64,000 nt of DNA from Polyangiaceae bacterium (GTDB lineage Bacteria; Myxococcota_A; Polyangia; Polyangiales; Polyangiaceae), in assembly GCA_035063585.1 (NCBI GenBank), contig JAPSGB010000020.1, positions 1 through 64,000 of the forward strand, read 5' to 3'. Under the pieces are notes generated by a model. That model saw nothing but the letters and a program-made list of their open reading frames with translations, was not told the origin of the DNA and did no database searches. Of the stretch, positions 29,752 to 39,145 are shown one piece after another. The stretch's first letter is position 1. Every line of letters begins with the position of its first letter. The translations under genes were made by a program, and so were the position numbers.

Positions 29752-32700
29752 ATGACGGACACGATGAACGACAAGTGCGCGGAGCTCGAGGAACGTATGA
29801 CGGAGCTCCTCGACGGCTCGGCGCCCGAGGCGCTCTATGACCACCTGAGCGAGTGCGACCGGTGCCGTGACGCGCGCCACGAGGCCGAGCAGGCCGCCGC
29901 GCTGATCACCGAGTCGGGGGCCGACCATCGCCTGCCCGCCGATTTCGAGGCTCGCATACTCGACGCGCTCGACGCGCGCGGAGACGCGTCGGCCGCCTCC
30001 GGCCGCGCGGCAGGCCATGAGCCGAGCTCGGCGGCGGAGGGCGGCGCCGCCCCGAGCGCCCCCGCGACCGAGCGCTCGCCCGCGAGGCCGACGAGCGGCG
30101 AGCCCGCGCAGGACGAGCCCCCGCGCGCCGAGCCGACGCGGGCCGACGCGCGCGCCGACGAGACGCCCGACGAACCGGCGGCGGGCTCGCGCCGGACCGA
30201 CCACCCACCTCCCGCACGCGCGCCCTCCGCGCCCTCGCGGATGAGGAGGGTTTGGCTGGGCGTCGCGGCCACGGGGCTGGCGGCCGCCGCGGCGGTCGCG
30301 CTCATCTCACGACACGCTCCCTCGCCCAAGGACGATCACGAGGCGAGCGCGTGGCGCGGCACGGTCGAGTCGGTCGCGACCGCGAGCGGCGCCCCGGGCG
30401 GGCTCGAGCTCTGCGACGCGCGCGGCGATCACTGCGCGCCGCTCGGCGTGGGCGGCGCGGTGCCGGCGGGCAAGCTCGTGAAGACCGACTCACACACGCG
30501 CGCGATCCTCACGCTCGACGACGACACGCGCCTCACCCTGGACCGCGCGACCCGCCTCGCGCTCGACACCGAGACCGGGCGAAACGCGCGGCTCGAGGCG
30601 GGCGCGTTGGTGGCTGACGTCACGCACATCGAGGGTCAGACCGCGCGGGTCACCTTCCCGAGCGGCTTCGTGCGCGTGCTCGGCACCAAATTCGCGCTCA
30701 CCCTCGACGACGGCGCCGCGTCGGTGGACGTGAGCCGCGGCGTCGTCGAGCTCGGCGACCAGCAGGGGCGCAAGGTCGAGGTGCGGGCGGGCGAGGAGGG
30801 GCGGCTCATCGCCGGCGCGGCGCCCTGGGCGGAGAACGCGCCCGGGCTCGGCGAGGCGCTCGCGTGGAGCGAGCCCATCCAGCCAAAGACCGACGAGCCC
30901 ATCGAGGTGCGCGGCCTCGGACAGCTGGTGGCGAAGAAGCCGGGGCAGACGGCCGAGCTCGACGGCGCGGTGGTGCTCGCCTCGCACTCGGTGAAGGTGC
31001 GGATCGCGGGCAGCGTGGCGCGCACCGAGGTCGACGAGACCTTCACCAACACGACCGGCGACGTGCTCGAGGGGATTTACCGCTTCCCGCTGCCGCCCGA
31101 CGCGAAGATCGAGCGGCTGGCGCTCGAGGTCGACGGCAAGCTCGAGGAGGGTGCCTTCGTCGATCGTGATCGGGGCGCAGCCATCATGCGCGGCGCGCTG
31201 GTGCAGGCGACGCCGCAGCTTCGACGCCAGATGCGCGACGAGATCGTGTGGGTGCCCGGGCCGTGGCGCGACCCGGCGCTGCTCGAGTGGCAGCGGGGCG
31301 GTCGCTTCGAGCTCACCATCTACCCGATCCCGAAGCGCGGCTCGCGGCGGGTGGTGCTCGCGTACACGCAGGTCGTGCCGCAGTCGGCCGGGGTGCGCCG
31401 CTACGTCTACCCGCTCGCCTACGATCCGGGCGGGTCGACCACGGTCGATCGCTTCGACGTCGACGTCGAGGTGCGCGGCCAGGATCCGTCCTTCGGGGTC
31501 CGCTCCCGCGGCTACGCCTTGAACCAGGACCGGCAGGGCGACACCGAGAGCTTGAAGCTCTCCGAGCGGAACTTCGCGCCGAGCGGCGATCTGGTGCTCG
31601 AGTACGCGTTGCCCGACCGCACGAGCGAGCTCACCGCGTGGGCGTATCAGCCGGAGCCCGCGAGCGACGACACGACGCGCAGCGCGACCCGGCCGGCGAG
31701 CGCGAAGCATGAGTTCCTCGGCGACGACGCCTACGTGGCGCTCGCGCTCCGGCCCAAGCTGCCGCGCGCGACCGACGACGCGCGGCGCGCCTTCGCGGTC
31801 GTGGTCGACGCGAGCCGCTCGATGTACGGCGAGCGCTTCAAGCGCGCCGCCTCGCTCGCGGCCCGCGTGCTCGGGGAGCTCGATCCGAGCGATCAGGTCA
31901 CGCTGCTCGCTTGCGACGTGAGCTGCCAGGCGCTACCCGGCGGGCTCCGCGCGCCGGGGCCGCGCGCGATGGCCGAGGCGGAGCGGTTCCTCGAGGGGAT
32001 CTCGCCGGAGGGCGCCTCGGATCTGGCCGGCGCGATCAAGAGCGCGCGCGCCGCGATGGGCTCGACGAGCGGGCGCGCCACCCGCATCGTGTACATCGGC
32101 GACGGCACCCCGACGGTCGGGCCGATCCGCGCTTCCTACCTCACCCGCGCGGTCGAGGACGCGGTCCCGGCCGGCAAGGGGGCCGTGACGGCGGTGGCGA
32201 TCGGCGCGGACGCCGATCTCGACTCGCTCGAGGCCGTGGCGCGCGGCGGCGGCGGCGTGGTGCTGCCGTACGTGCCCGGGCAGAGCGTCGCCGAGGCGGC
32301 CTACGCGGTCCTCGGCGCGACCTACGGCGCGGCGCTCCGCGACGTCACGGTCGAGCTGCCCGCGGGGCTCACCCGGGTAGCGCCCTCCGCGGTCGACACC
32401 ATCCCCGCGGGCGGCGAGCGCTTCGTGGTCGCGCGGATGAGCGGCGCGTCGGTGGAGGGGACGGTAGTGGTGCGCGGCAAGGTCGCCGATCAGCCGTTCG
32501 AGCAGCGCTACCCGCTCTCGCTCACCGCGAGCCGCGCCCAGGGCAACGCGTTCGTACCGCGCGTCTATGCCGCGGTGAGGATCGCAGAGCTCGAGACGCG
32601 CGGCGGTGACGACGCCAAGAAGGAGGCGATCGCGCTCTCGAGCGCGCTCAGCGTGCAGAGCCGTTACACCTCGCTCTTGGTGCTCGAGAGCCAGGCCATG

Positions 32701-33957
32701 TTCCGTGCCTTCGGGCTCGACAACACCCGCTCCGCGCCAAGCTGGACGGGGGAGGAGGAAGCCGACGCCACCACCGCTGAAGGCGCGCTCGACGTCGCGG
32801 ACGACGAGAGCAAGAGCGAGGCGGGCGGCAAGCTGGACGGCGCCGCCGGGTTCGGCGTCGGCGGCGCACCCGCGCCGAGGCAAGCAGCCGCCACGAGCGC
32901 CGCCGGGCCGGCGCCCGCCAAGGCCGCGCGACGGCCTGCTCCGAGCGGTAGCGGCCCCAGTTTCGCGGCCGAGGCATACGACGACTCCGCGTCGTGGCCC
33001 CCGCCCCGGCCGAACATGGTCCCCATGCGGCGCGTGTGGACGCGCACCGGGAGCGTGCTCGAGGGCGAGCGCACCCCCAAGACCGCGAGCGCGAGCGCCC
33101 TCGCGGACGCCGAGCGGGACGCCGAGCGAAACCCGGACAACCGCGGGGCGATGAAGAAGCTCTACACGCTCTACGCCCTCTCGGGCGAGCTCGAGCGCGC
33201 GAGCGAGACGGCCGAGCGCTGGTCCGGGCGGGATCCGCTCGATCCCGGAGCGCTCACCGCGCGCGCCGATCTGGCGGCGCGGCGAGGCGAACGCGACCAA
33301 GCGATGCGGATCCTCGGCAGCGTGGTGGACGTGCGCCCGGGCGACGTCGCGTCGCAGCGGCGGCTCGCACGCGCGCTCCGCTGGGCAGGGCGCCCCGAGG
33401 AAGGGTGCCGGTACCTGCTCGCGCTCGCGCAGCTGAACACCAAGGACGCGAGCGCGCTCGCCGACTCGGTGCGCTGCGGGCGGGCGACCGGCGAGCGAAG
33501 CATGGCGGACGACATGCTCTCGAGCGCCGACGCCGCTACCCGCGCAGCGGCTCAGCGCTTGCTCGATCGGCCCGATCCCTTCACCGACTCGCTGAGCGGC
33601 GATCTGCGCCTGGAGGCGAGCTGGTCGGGCGGCGCGGACGTCGATCTGGCGCTGCTCACTCCGGAGGGCGATCGCGTGAGCTGGCTCGGCGCGCCGACGC
33701 GGGCGGTCATCACCGCGACCGACGTCGACAGCACACGGCGCGAGGGGCTCGCGCTCCGCGGCGCCAAGCCCGGCGACTACGTCATCGAGATCACTCGCGG
33801 GGACGGCGGCGGGCCGACCCGCGGGGAGGTGGTCGTCACGGTGGCCGGTACCAAGCGCACGATCCCGTTCCGCCTCGACGGAGACGGACAGACGCTCGGC
33901 ATCGCGCGCGTGGCGATGACCTCCCACCTCGAGCCGGTGAGGGGCTGGGTCCGATGA
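29752..33957 (+). CDS. Large anti-sigma-like protein: HxxxCxxC zinc motif, TM, FecR, VIT, vWA, TPR, C-terminal beta domain
   Basis: HLSECDRC; TM; VRVLGTKF..VSRGVV (FecR); ARTEVDETF..LEGIYRFPLP, DPALLEW (VIT); VVDASRSM, YIGDG (vWA); SRYTSLLVLE; DVDLALLTPEG. Confidence 0.85.
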   Translation: MTDTMNDKCAELEERMTELLDGSAPEALYDHLSECDRCRDARHEAEQAAALITESGADHRLPADFEARILDALDARGDASAASGRAAGHEPSSAAEGGAAPSAPATERSPARPTSGEPAQDEPPRAEPTRADARADETPDEPAAGSRRTDHPPPARAPSAPSRMRRVWLGVAATGLAAAAAVALISRHAPSPKDDHEASAWRGTVESVATASGAPGGLELCDARGDHCAPLGVGGAVPAGKLVKTDSHTRAILTLDDDTRLTLDRATRLALDTETGRNARLEAGALVADVTHIEGQTARVTFPSGFVRVLGTKFALTLDDGAASVDVSRGVVELGDQQGRKVEVRAGEEGRLIAGAAPWAENAPGLGEALAWSEPIQPKTDEPIEVRGLGQLVAKKPGQTAELDGAVVLASHSVKVRIAGSVARTEVDETFTNTTGDVLEGIYRFPLPPDAKIERLALEVDGKLEEGAFVDRDRGAAIMRGALVQATPQLRRQMRDEIVWVPGPWRDPALLEWQRGGRFELTIYPIPKRGSRRVVLAYTQVVPQSAGVRRYVYPLAYDPGGSTTVDRFDVDVEVRGQDPSFGVRSRGYALNQDRQGDTESLKLSERNFAPSGDLVLEYALPDRTSELTAWAYQPEPASDDTTRSATRPASAKHEFLGDDAYVALALRPKLPRATDDARRAFAVVVDASRSMYGERFKRAASLAARVLGELDPSDQVTLLACDVSCQALPGGLRAPGPRAMAEAERFLEGISPEGASDLAGAIKSARAAMGSTSGRATRIVYIGDGTPTVGPIRASYLTRAVEDAVPAGKGAVTAVAIGADADLDSLEAVARGGGGVVLPYVPGQSVAEAAYAVLGATYGAALRDVTVELPAGLTRVAPSAVDTIPAGGERFVVARMSGASVEGTVVVRGKVADQPFEQRYPLSLTASRAQGNAFVPRVYAAVRIAELETRGGDDAKKEAIALSSALSVQSRYTSLLVLESQAMFRAFGLDNTRSAPSWTGEEEADATTAEGALDVADDESKSEAGGKLDGAAGFGVGGAPAPRQAAATSAAGPAPAKAARRPAPSGSGPSFAAEAYDDSASWPPPRPNMVPMRRVWTRTGSVLEGERTPKTASASALADAERDAERNPDNRGAMKKLYTLYALSGELERASETAERWSGRDPLDPGALTARADLAARRGERDQAMRILGSVVDVRPGDVASQRRLARALRWAGRPEEGCRYLLALAQLNTKDASALADSVRCGRATGERSMADDMLSSADAATRAAAQRLLDRPDPFTDSLSGDLRLEASWSGGADVDLALLTPEGDRVSWLGAPTRAVITATDVDSTRREGLALRGAKPGDYVIEITRGDGGGPTRGEVVVTVAGTKRTIPFRLDGDGQTLGIARVAMTSHLEPVRGWVR

Positions 33958-34028
33958 GCCCTCGCGCCCTCCGCGAACCCGCTCCTCACGCCAGTGTAAG
34001 CCGCAACGCTTCGCCGCGTTTCCAGGTC

Positions 34029-35429
34029 ATGCGAACCCGATTCCTCTCCACCTTCGGCCTCCTCACCGTGCTCGCCGCCTGCGGCGGGCCGGGCACGAAC
34101 CGCGCGACCGTGGCCGCGCCGACCGGCGCGGGAGGCGGGGCGGCCGTGGGCGGCTCGCCCCAGCCGCTGACCATGGCGACGGGCGGTGACGCTGGCGGCG
34201 ACTCGGACGACGGCGACTGGGGCATCGTCGACGACGCCTCGTACCCCTCGGTGGTCGAGAAGGTGGTCGCGATGGTGGGCGATCCGGCCATACGGCGCAG
34301 CGCCGAGCGTCGCGGGCTCGCCGTGCAAAACATCATGTGGGAGGACACCGGGCGCGCCGAGGGCTCGGCGCTCGGCCCGAACATCACCGATCTCACCCTG
34401 CAGGTCCGCTATCGCGAGCGCGGAGCGGAGGGTCCGGCGACCGCGCTCATGCCGGTCATCCGCTTCCCCAACTTCAGCGACCGCACCGGCGACGTGGCCG
34501 CCGACAAGTTCCTCATCCGCGTCGGGAACCACGAGCGCGGGCGCGGGCTCACGACCGTGCCGCTCACCGACGTCCTCTCGAACCTCCGGAGGTACGCCTC
34601 CCAGCCGTCGAGCATCGCGGGCTCCGGAAACCTGCTTGCGCGGCGCGACACCCATTTCCTGGTGAGCGCGCAGGCGGTGTTCTTGCCCATCCCGACGCGT
34701 GGGAAGGCGGAGTTCAACCCGGTCGTCTATAACTACCAATCCGCACCCGGCTCGCCCGCGGTGCTGACCCTGCTCGTCACCCGCGAGGGCACGAGCATGC
34801 GCGTCATCGACAACCGCGCGGAGGAGTCCGGCGGACAGGGCTGGGGCCAGGAGCTCTACTTCAACGACCACGGACGGCGCGCGGCCTTCACCGCCGAGCG
34901 CCGGAGCGACGTGGCGCGCCGGATCGAGGCGCAGGGCGGCCCCAAGACGGCGGACGAGCGGAGCCAGCTCGCGCGCGGCGCGGACGTCATCTTCCTGGTG
35001 CAAGTCCCGCTGAAGCACCGAAACCGCGGCCGGCTGGGCGGCGTCATGTACGACGCCGAGCCGGCGCAGGCGCCCGCGACGTCAGCCGCCGCTCCCACCG
35101 GCGGCGCGCTCGCCCCGAGCGCGAGCCGCGCCGAGCGGAGCGACGTCGAGCGCGCCGTGGTCGGTCACGGCAGGAGCCGCGGCCCGTTCGAGGAGGGCGG
35201 CGGGCTTCGGCTCGAGCGGGACGAGCGCTTCCCGATCCGCGTCACCGTGCAGTTTTACAAGGCGACCAGCAACGGGGTCGCCGACGAGCGCGATCTCGAC
35301 GCCATCGCGCAGAGCATCGGCAGCGTCTACGAGCACGCGGACTTCGTGGGCTCGCTGGTGATCCCGGACGGAGATCCCCGCCGCCCCACCTCCTGGCAGC
35401 GCGTACCGCGCGAGTGGTTCCCGTGGTGA
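34029..35429 (+). CDS. Hypothetical lipoprotein (WEDTGR...GPNITD motif)
   Basis: Lipobox LAAC; globular domain with WEDTGR, MPVIRFPNFSD, YNYQS, PIRVTVQFY; possible start at 33954 overlapping the upstream stop. Confidence 0.8.
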   Translation: MRTRFLSTFGLLTVLAACGGPGTNRATVAAPTGAGGGAAVGGSPQPLTMATGGDAGGDSDDGDWGIVDDASYPSVVEKVVAMVGDPAIRRSAERRGLAVQNIMWEDTGRAEGSALGPNITDLTLQVRYRERGAEGPATALMPVIRFPNFSDRTGDVAADKFLIRVGNHERGRGLTTVPLTDVLSNLRRYASQPSSIAGSGNLLARRDTHFLVSAQAVFLPIPTRGKAEFNPVVYNYQSAPGSPAVLTLLVTREGTSMRVIDNRAEESGGQGWGQELYFNDHGRRAAFTAERRSDVARRIEAQGGPKTADERSQLARGADVIFLVQVPLKHRNRGRLGGVMYDAEPAQAPATSAAAPTGGALAPSASRAERSDVERAVVGHGRSRGPFEEGGGLRLERDERFPIRVTVQFYKATSNGVADERDLDAIAQSIGSVYEHADFVGSLVIPDGDPRRPTSWQRVPREWFPW

Positions 35430-35439
35430 ACGGGGCGGC

Positions 35440-36006
35440 TCAGCCGAGCACGCGGAGCACGATGAGCCGACCCGCGGACTCGACCGCGGCCACCACCGCC
35501 ACCGCGTAGAGCCAGCCGACGAACAGCTTGGCGGGTAACCACGCGATGGCGCGGTTCAGCCGAGCGAGGAGCCCCGGCGCCGAGCTCGCCATGATCCCGG
35601 CCGCCACGCACGCCCAGGCGAGCCCGAGCAGCGGGTCGGAGGGGTCGATCCGCTGAGCGAGCGCCGCCCGATAGTCTCCCGCGACGAGCCCAGCCGTCGC
35701 GCGGAGCGTGAGCGCGCTCGCGGTGAGCGCGATGGCCGCGCTGGTGAGCGCGGCGAGCGGCACCAGCACGGCGAGCACCGCGGGCGCGCGCCGCTCGGGC
35801 TGCCCGTGCGAGCCGACCACCAGCCCGAGCGCGTACGCGATGCCGGCGATCCCGGTCGCGTGGAAGCGCAGGATCGCGAGCGCTATTTCGACCGCGCCGC
35901 CGGGCGCGCGCTCGGCGCGGACCCCGGACGACAAGAGCACCCCGGCGAGCGCAGAGCCGAGCACGACCCAGCTCGCGAAGGTCCAGGCGAAGCGCCGCAG
36001 GCTCAT
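35440..36006 (-). CDS. Multi-pass membrane protein (possibly a distant MlaE-like permease)
   Basis: About five hydrophobic helices from ATG 36006. Confidence 0.6.
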   Translation of the reverse strand: MSLRRFAWTFASWVVLGSALAGVLLSSGVRAERAPGGAVEIALAILRFHATGIAGIAYALGLVVGSHGQPERRAPAVLAVLVPLAALTSAAIALTASALTLRATAGLVAGDYRAALAQRIDPSDPLLGLAWACVAAGIMASSAPGLLARLNRAIAWLPAKLFVGWLYAVAVVAAVESAGRLIVLRVLG

Positions 36007-36088
36007 GAGCGCCGTGCGGCATAGCGCGAAGCGCCGCGTCAGGAAAGGGCGCTGCCCGGCGCGCACGGCGCAACCCCGCGCGGCCCCG

Positions 36089-36151
36089 GGCGGTTCCGCG
36101 CCGGACCGGCAAACAAGCATTATGGCTCAGGTTTTTGTTGATTCGGCGCGG
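36089..36151. repeat. Inverted doublet of the REP-like element with an AT-rich spacer
   Basis: 36089-36111 reverse complement TGCCGGTCCGGCGCGGAACCGCC (22/23); 36136-36151 TGTTGATTCGGCGCGG. Confidence 0.7.
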
Positions 36152-36209
36152 GGGGCTCGGGTCCCGCCCCATGCGTTCGCGGGGCGCGAATGATAAAGGG
36201 AGCGCGGGC

Positions 36210-37460
36210 ATGACCGGAACGGAGATGCTGGCCGCGATCGCGGCGCTCTTGGTCGTGCTCGGCGCCGTCGAGCTCGCCCGGCATCGCCGGAACCTCAGAC
36301 GCATCCGCCACCGGATCCACGTCAACGGGACGCGCGGGAAATCGAGCGTCACGCGGCTCATCGCGGCCGCGCTCCGCGAGGCCGGCGTGGTCACCTGCGC
36401 GAAGACCACCGGGACGCTCGCGCGCATGATCCTGCCCGACGGTCGCGAGGTGCCGATCTTCCGCCCGGCGGGCGCCAACGTGATCGAGCAATTGCGGATC
36501 GTCGCGGCGGCGGCCGCTTACGGCGCCGAGGCCCTGGTCATCGAGTGCATGGCGCTCCAGCCCGAGCTCCAGGCCCTCTCGGAGCTCAAGATGGTGCGCG
36601 CCACCCACGGAGTCATCACCAACGCGCGCCCGGACCACCTCGACGTGATGGGCCCCGCCGCCCGTGACGTCGCGCGCGCGCTCGCCGGGATGATGCCCGA
36701 GCGCGGCAAGCTGTTCACCGCCGAGCAGGCGAACCTCGCCGAGCTCGCGAGCGCCGCGGCCGACCGGAAGAGCGAGCTCATCGCGATCACGGAAGCGGAG
36801 ATCCGCGGAGTCGGCAGCGACGAGCTCGCGCGGTTCGGCTACACCGAGCACCCGGACAACGTGGCGCTGGCGCTCAGGGTGTGCGCCGAGCTCGGAGTGT
36901 CGCGCGAGGTCGCGCTCCGCGGCATGTGGAAGTGCCCGCCCGATCCCGGCGCGCTCACCCGCCACGAGCTCGAGTTCTTCGGACGCCGACTGGTTTTCTA
37001 CAACGCGTTCGCCGCCAACGATCCGGTGTCCACCGAGCAGCTCTGGCAACGGGCGAACGACCAGACCCCGGAGGCCGAGCAGCGGATCGCAATTTTCAAT
37101 TGCCGCGCCGATCGGCCCGATCGCTCGCTCCAGCTCGGCGCGGAGTTCACGCGCTGGCGTCCGGCCGATTTCCTCGTCCTGATGGGGAGCGGCACCTATC
37201 TGTTCGCCCGCGCGGCGACCCGCGCGGGCTTCGATCCGGCGCGGCTGGTGGTGGTGGAGGATCTGTCTGTGGAGGAGATCTTCGAGAGCGTGGTGGCGCT
37301 GGTCGGGCGCTCGGCGCTGGTGGTCGGGATGGGCAACATCGGCGGGCAAGGGCTCTCGCTCACCCGCTATTTTCGCAACCGCGCCGCGCCGGTCCTGCCG
37401 CGCGGCGTCTCGGCGCTCGGCGAGGTGCCCGGGCGGGCGCTGCTCGAGGTCGAGCCATGA
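36210..37460 (+). CDS. pgsB: Poly-gamma-glutamate synthase PgsB/CapB
   Basis: RIHVNGTRGKSSVTRL, AKTTGT, ECMALQP, ITNARPDHLDVMGP, PDPGAL, AFAANDP, GNIGG. Confidence 0.95.
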   Translation: MTGTEMLAAIAALLVVLGAVELARHRRNLRRIRHRIHVNGTRGKSSVTRLIAAALREAGVVTCAKTTGTLARMILPDGREVPIFRPAGANVIEQLRIVAAAAAYGAEALVIECMALQPELQALSELKMVRATHGVITNARPDHLDVMGPAARDVARALAGMMPERGKLFTAEQANLAELASAAADRKSELIAITEAEIRGVGSDELARFGYTEHPDNVALALRVCAELGVSREVALRGMWKCPPDPGALTRHELEFFGRRLVFYNAFAANDPVSTEQLWQRANDQTPEAEQRIAIFNCRADRPDRSLQLGAEFTRWRPADFLVLMGSGTYLFARAATRAGFDPARLVVVEDLSVEEIFESVVALVGRSALVVGMGNIGGQGLSLTRYFRNRAAPVLPRGVSALGEVPGRALLEVEP

Positions 37461-37912
37461 GCGCGCTCCTACCGCTCGCGATTGGGATCGGGCTCGCGGT
37501 GAGCCTGCTCCTGACCGAGCTCTTCGGGATCGCCGCGGGCGGCATGATCGTTCCCGGCTACATCGCGCTGAGCCTCACCCGCCCCCTCGACGTGCTCCTG
37601 ACGGTCGGCGCGGGCTTCGTGACCTTCCTCATCGTTCACACGCTGTCGTCCTTCGTCATCGTATACGGGCGACGCCGCACGGTGCTCATGATCCTCATCG
37701 GCTATCTGATGGGGCTCTTCGCCCGCTGGGCCACCAGCGGCGTGGTGGTGGACGGTAGCGCGCTCACCGTCATTGGCTTCATCATCCCCGGCCTCATCGC
37801 CATCTGGCTCGACCGTCAGGGCGTGGTCGAGACACTGGCCGCGCTCTTGACCGCCTCCGCGCTGGTGCGGCTCATCCTGGTGGTGCTGGTCGGAACGGAG
37901 CTCCGAGGATGA
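37457..37912 (+). CDS. pgsC: Poly-gamma-glutamate biosynthesis protein PgsC/CapC
   Basis: AGGMIVPGYIAL, VYGRRR, IGFIIPGLIA..DRQG. Confidence 0.95.
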   Translation: MSALLPLAIGIGLAVSLLLTELFGIAAGGMIVPGYIALSLTRPLDVLLTVGAGFVTFLIVHTLSSFVIVYGRRRTVLMILIGYLMGLFARWATSGVVVDGSALTVIGFIIPGLIAIWLDRQGVVETLAALLTASALVRLILVVLVGTELRG

Positions 37913-39054
37913 AGCGCGTCTACTGGCGCCCACCCGGTGTCTCGCGCGCGGCGCTCACCATGATCGCGCTCATCGCGCTCATCGCGGTGGTGGCGGTCGA
38001 GGCGCTGCCGGTGCAAGAGAAGCAGCGGTACTACGCGGAGAAGATCGCCGCCGCCAAGCTCGCGCTCCGAGCCATGGCCGAGATCAAGGCCGAGAAGGCT
38101 CGCCTCGGGCTCAAGCCGGATCCCGAGGGCGATCCGTATGGCACCGGCCTCATCGGCGTGCCGCTCAGCGCGGTCACCAGCAACACCGGGTATCTCACCG
38201 CCAAGCAGACCAGCGTAAATCCCAATTTCGCGGCGGTGGTCGTCCACCTGCTCAAGCGGGCCGGAGTCGCGGCCGGCGACACGGTGGCGCTCGGCGTCTC
38301 GGGCTCCTTCCCGGCGCTCAACATCGACGCCTTCGCCGCCTGTCAGGTGCTCGGCCTGAAGCCCATCGTGATCGCGAGCGCGTCCGCCTCCGAGTGGGGC
38401 GCGAACAACCCTGAGTTTCTCTGGATCGACATGGAGCACCACCTGAGCGAGAAGGGCCTCTTCGGCTTCCGCTCGGTGGCCGCCTCGCTCGGCGGGATCG
38501 ACGACAAGGGCTTCGGCATGTCGAAGGAGGGGCGCTCCCTGCTCGACGCCGCCATCGAGCGTAATGGTCTCGAGAAGATCACGCCGCGCTCGATCGTCGA
38601 CTCGATCGACAAGCGCCTCTCCATCTACGAGCGACTGGCCGGCGACCGCCCGATCAAGGCCTACGTGAACGTCGGCGGCGGCACCGCCTCGGTCGGCACC
38701 CACGTCGGCAAGAAGGAGTTCGAGCCCGGCCTCAACCTCGCGCCGCCACGCAAAGATACCCTGATGGACTCCGTCATGCTGCGTTTTGCGGAGCGCGACG
38801 TGCCCGTCATCCACCTCACGAACATCACCAAGCTCGCGGAGAATAACGGGCTCCCGCTCGACCCGAAGGGGATCCCTCCGGTCGGGGAAGGCACGATATA
38901 CGTGCGCGCCGAGTATAACCGCTGGCTCGCGGGCGCGGGGCTCGCGGTGGTCTTCGCTGCGATGCTCGCGTTCATCCGCCTCGACGTCGGCAGCCGGCTG
39001 CTCGCCACCACGCGCAAGAAGCGCGACGGCACGCAGCCGCAACAGATGATTTGA
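37909..39054 (+). CDS. pgsW: Poly-gamma-glutamate system protein (PgsW-type)
   Basis: TGLIG, KQTSVNPNFAA, SGSFPALN, ASEWGAN, YVNVGGG, DVPVIHL; N- and C-terminal TM; follows pgsC. Confidence 0.85.
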   Translation: MKRVYWRPPGVSRAALTMIALIALIAVVAVEALPVQEKQRYYAEKIAAAKLALRAMAEIKAEKARLGLKPDPEGDPYGTGLIGVPLSAVTSNTGYLTAKQTSVNPNFAAVVVHLLKRAGVAAGDTVALGVSGSFPALNIDAFAACQVLGLKPIVIASASASEWGANNPEFLWIDMEHHLSEKGLFGFRSVAASLGGIDDKGFGMSKEGRSLLDAAIERNGLEKITPRSIVDSIDKRLSIYERLAGDRPIKAYVNVGGGTASVGTHVGKKEFEPGLNLAPPRKDTLMDSVMLRFAERDVPVIHLTNITKLAENNGLPLDPKGIPPVGEGTIYVRAEYNRWLAGAGLAVVFAAMLAFIRLDVGSRLLATTRKKRDGTQPQQMI

Positions 39055-39072
39055 TCCGAGGGCAAGAGAGGC

Positions 39073-39095
39073 TGTCGATTCGGCGCGGGACCGCG
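39073..39095 (+). repeat. REP-like intergenic element, subtype A (degenerate)
   Basis: TGTCGATTCGGCGCGGGACCGCG, 19/23 to consensus. Confidence 0.6.
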
Positions 39096-39145
39096 CGGCC
39101 CGGTCGCTCGACGGCCGGAAATGTCCGTGTTACGACCGCTCGCGG

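Noticed and set aside
32994..34028. 811-aa ORF overlapping the anti-sigma 3' end
   Set aside because: The upstream part is low-complexity off-frame sequence; the signal peptide and lipobox begin at 34029.
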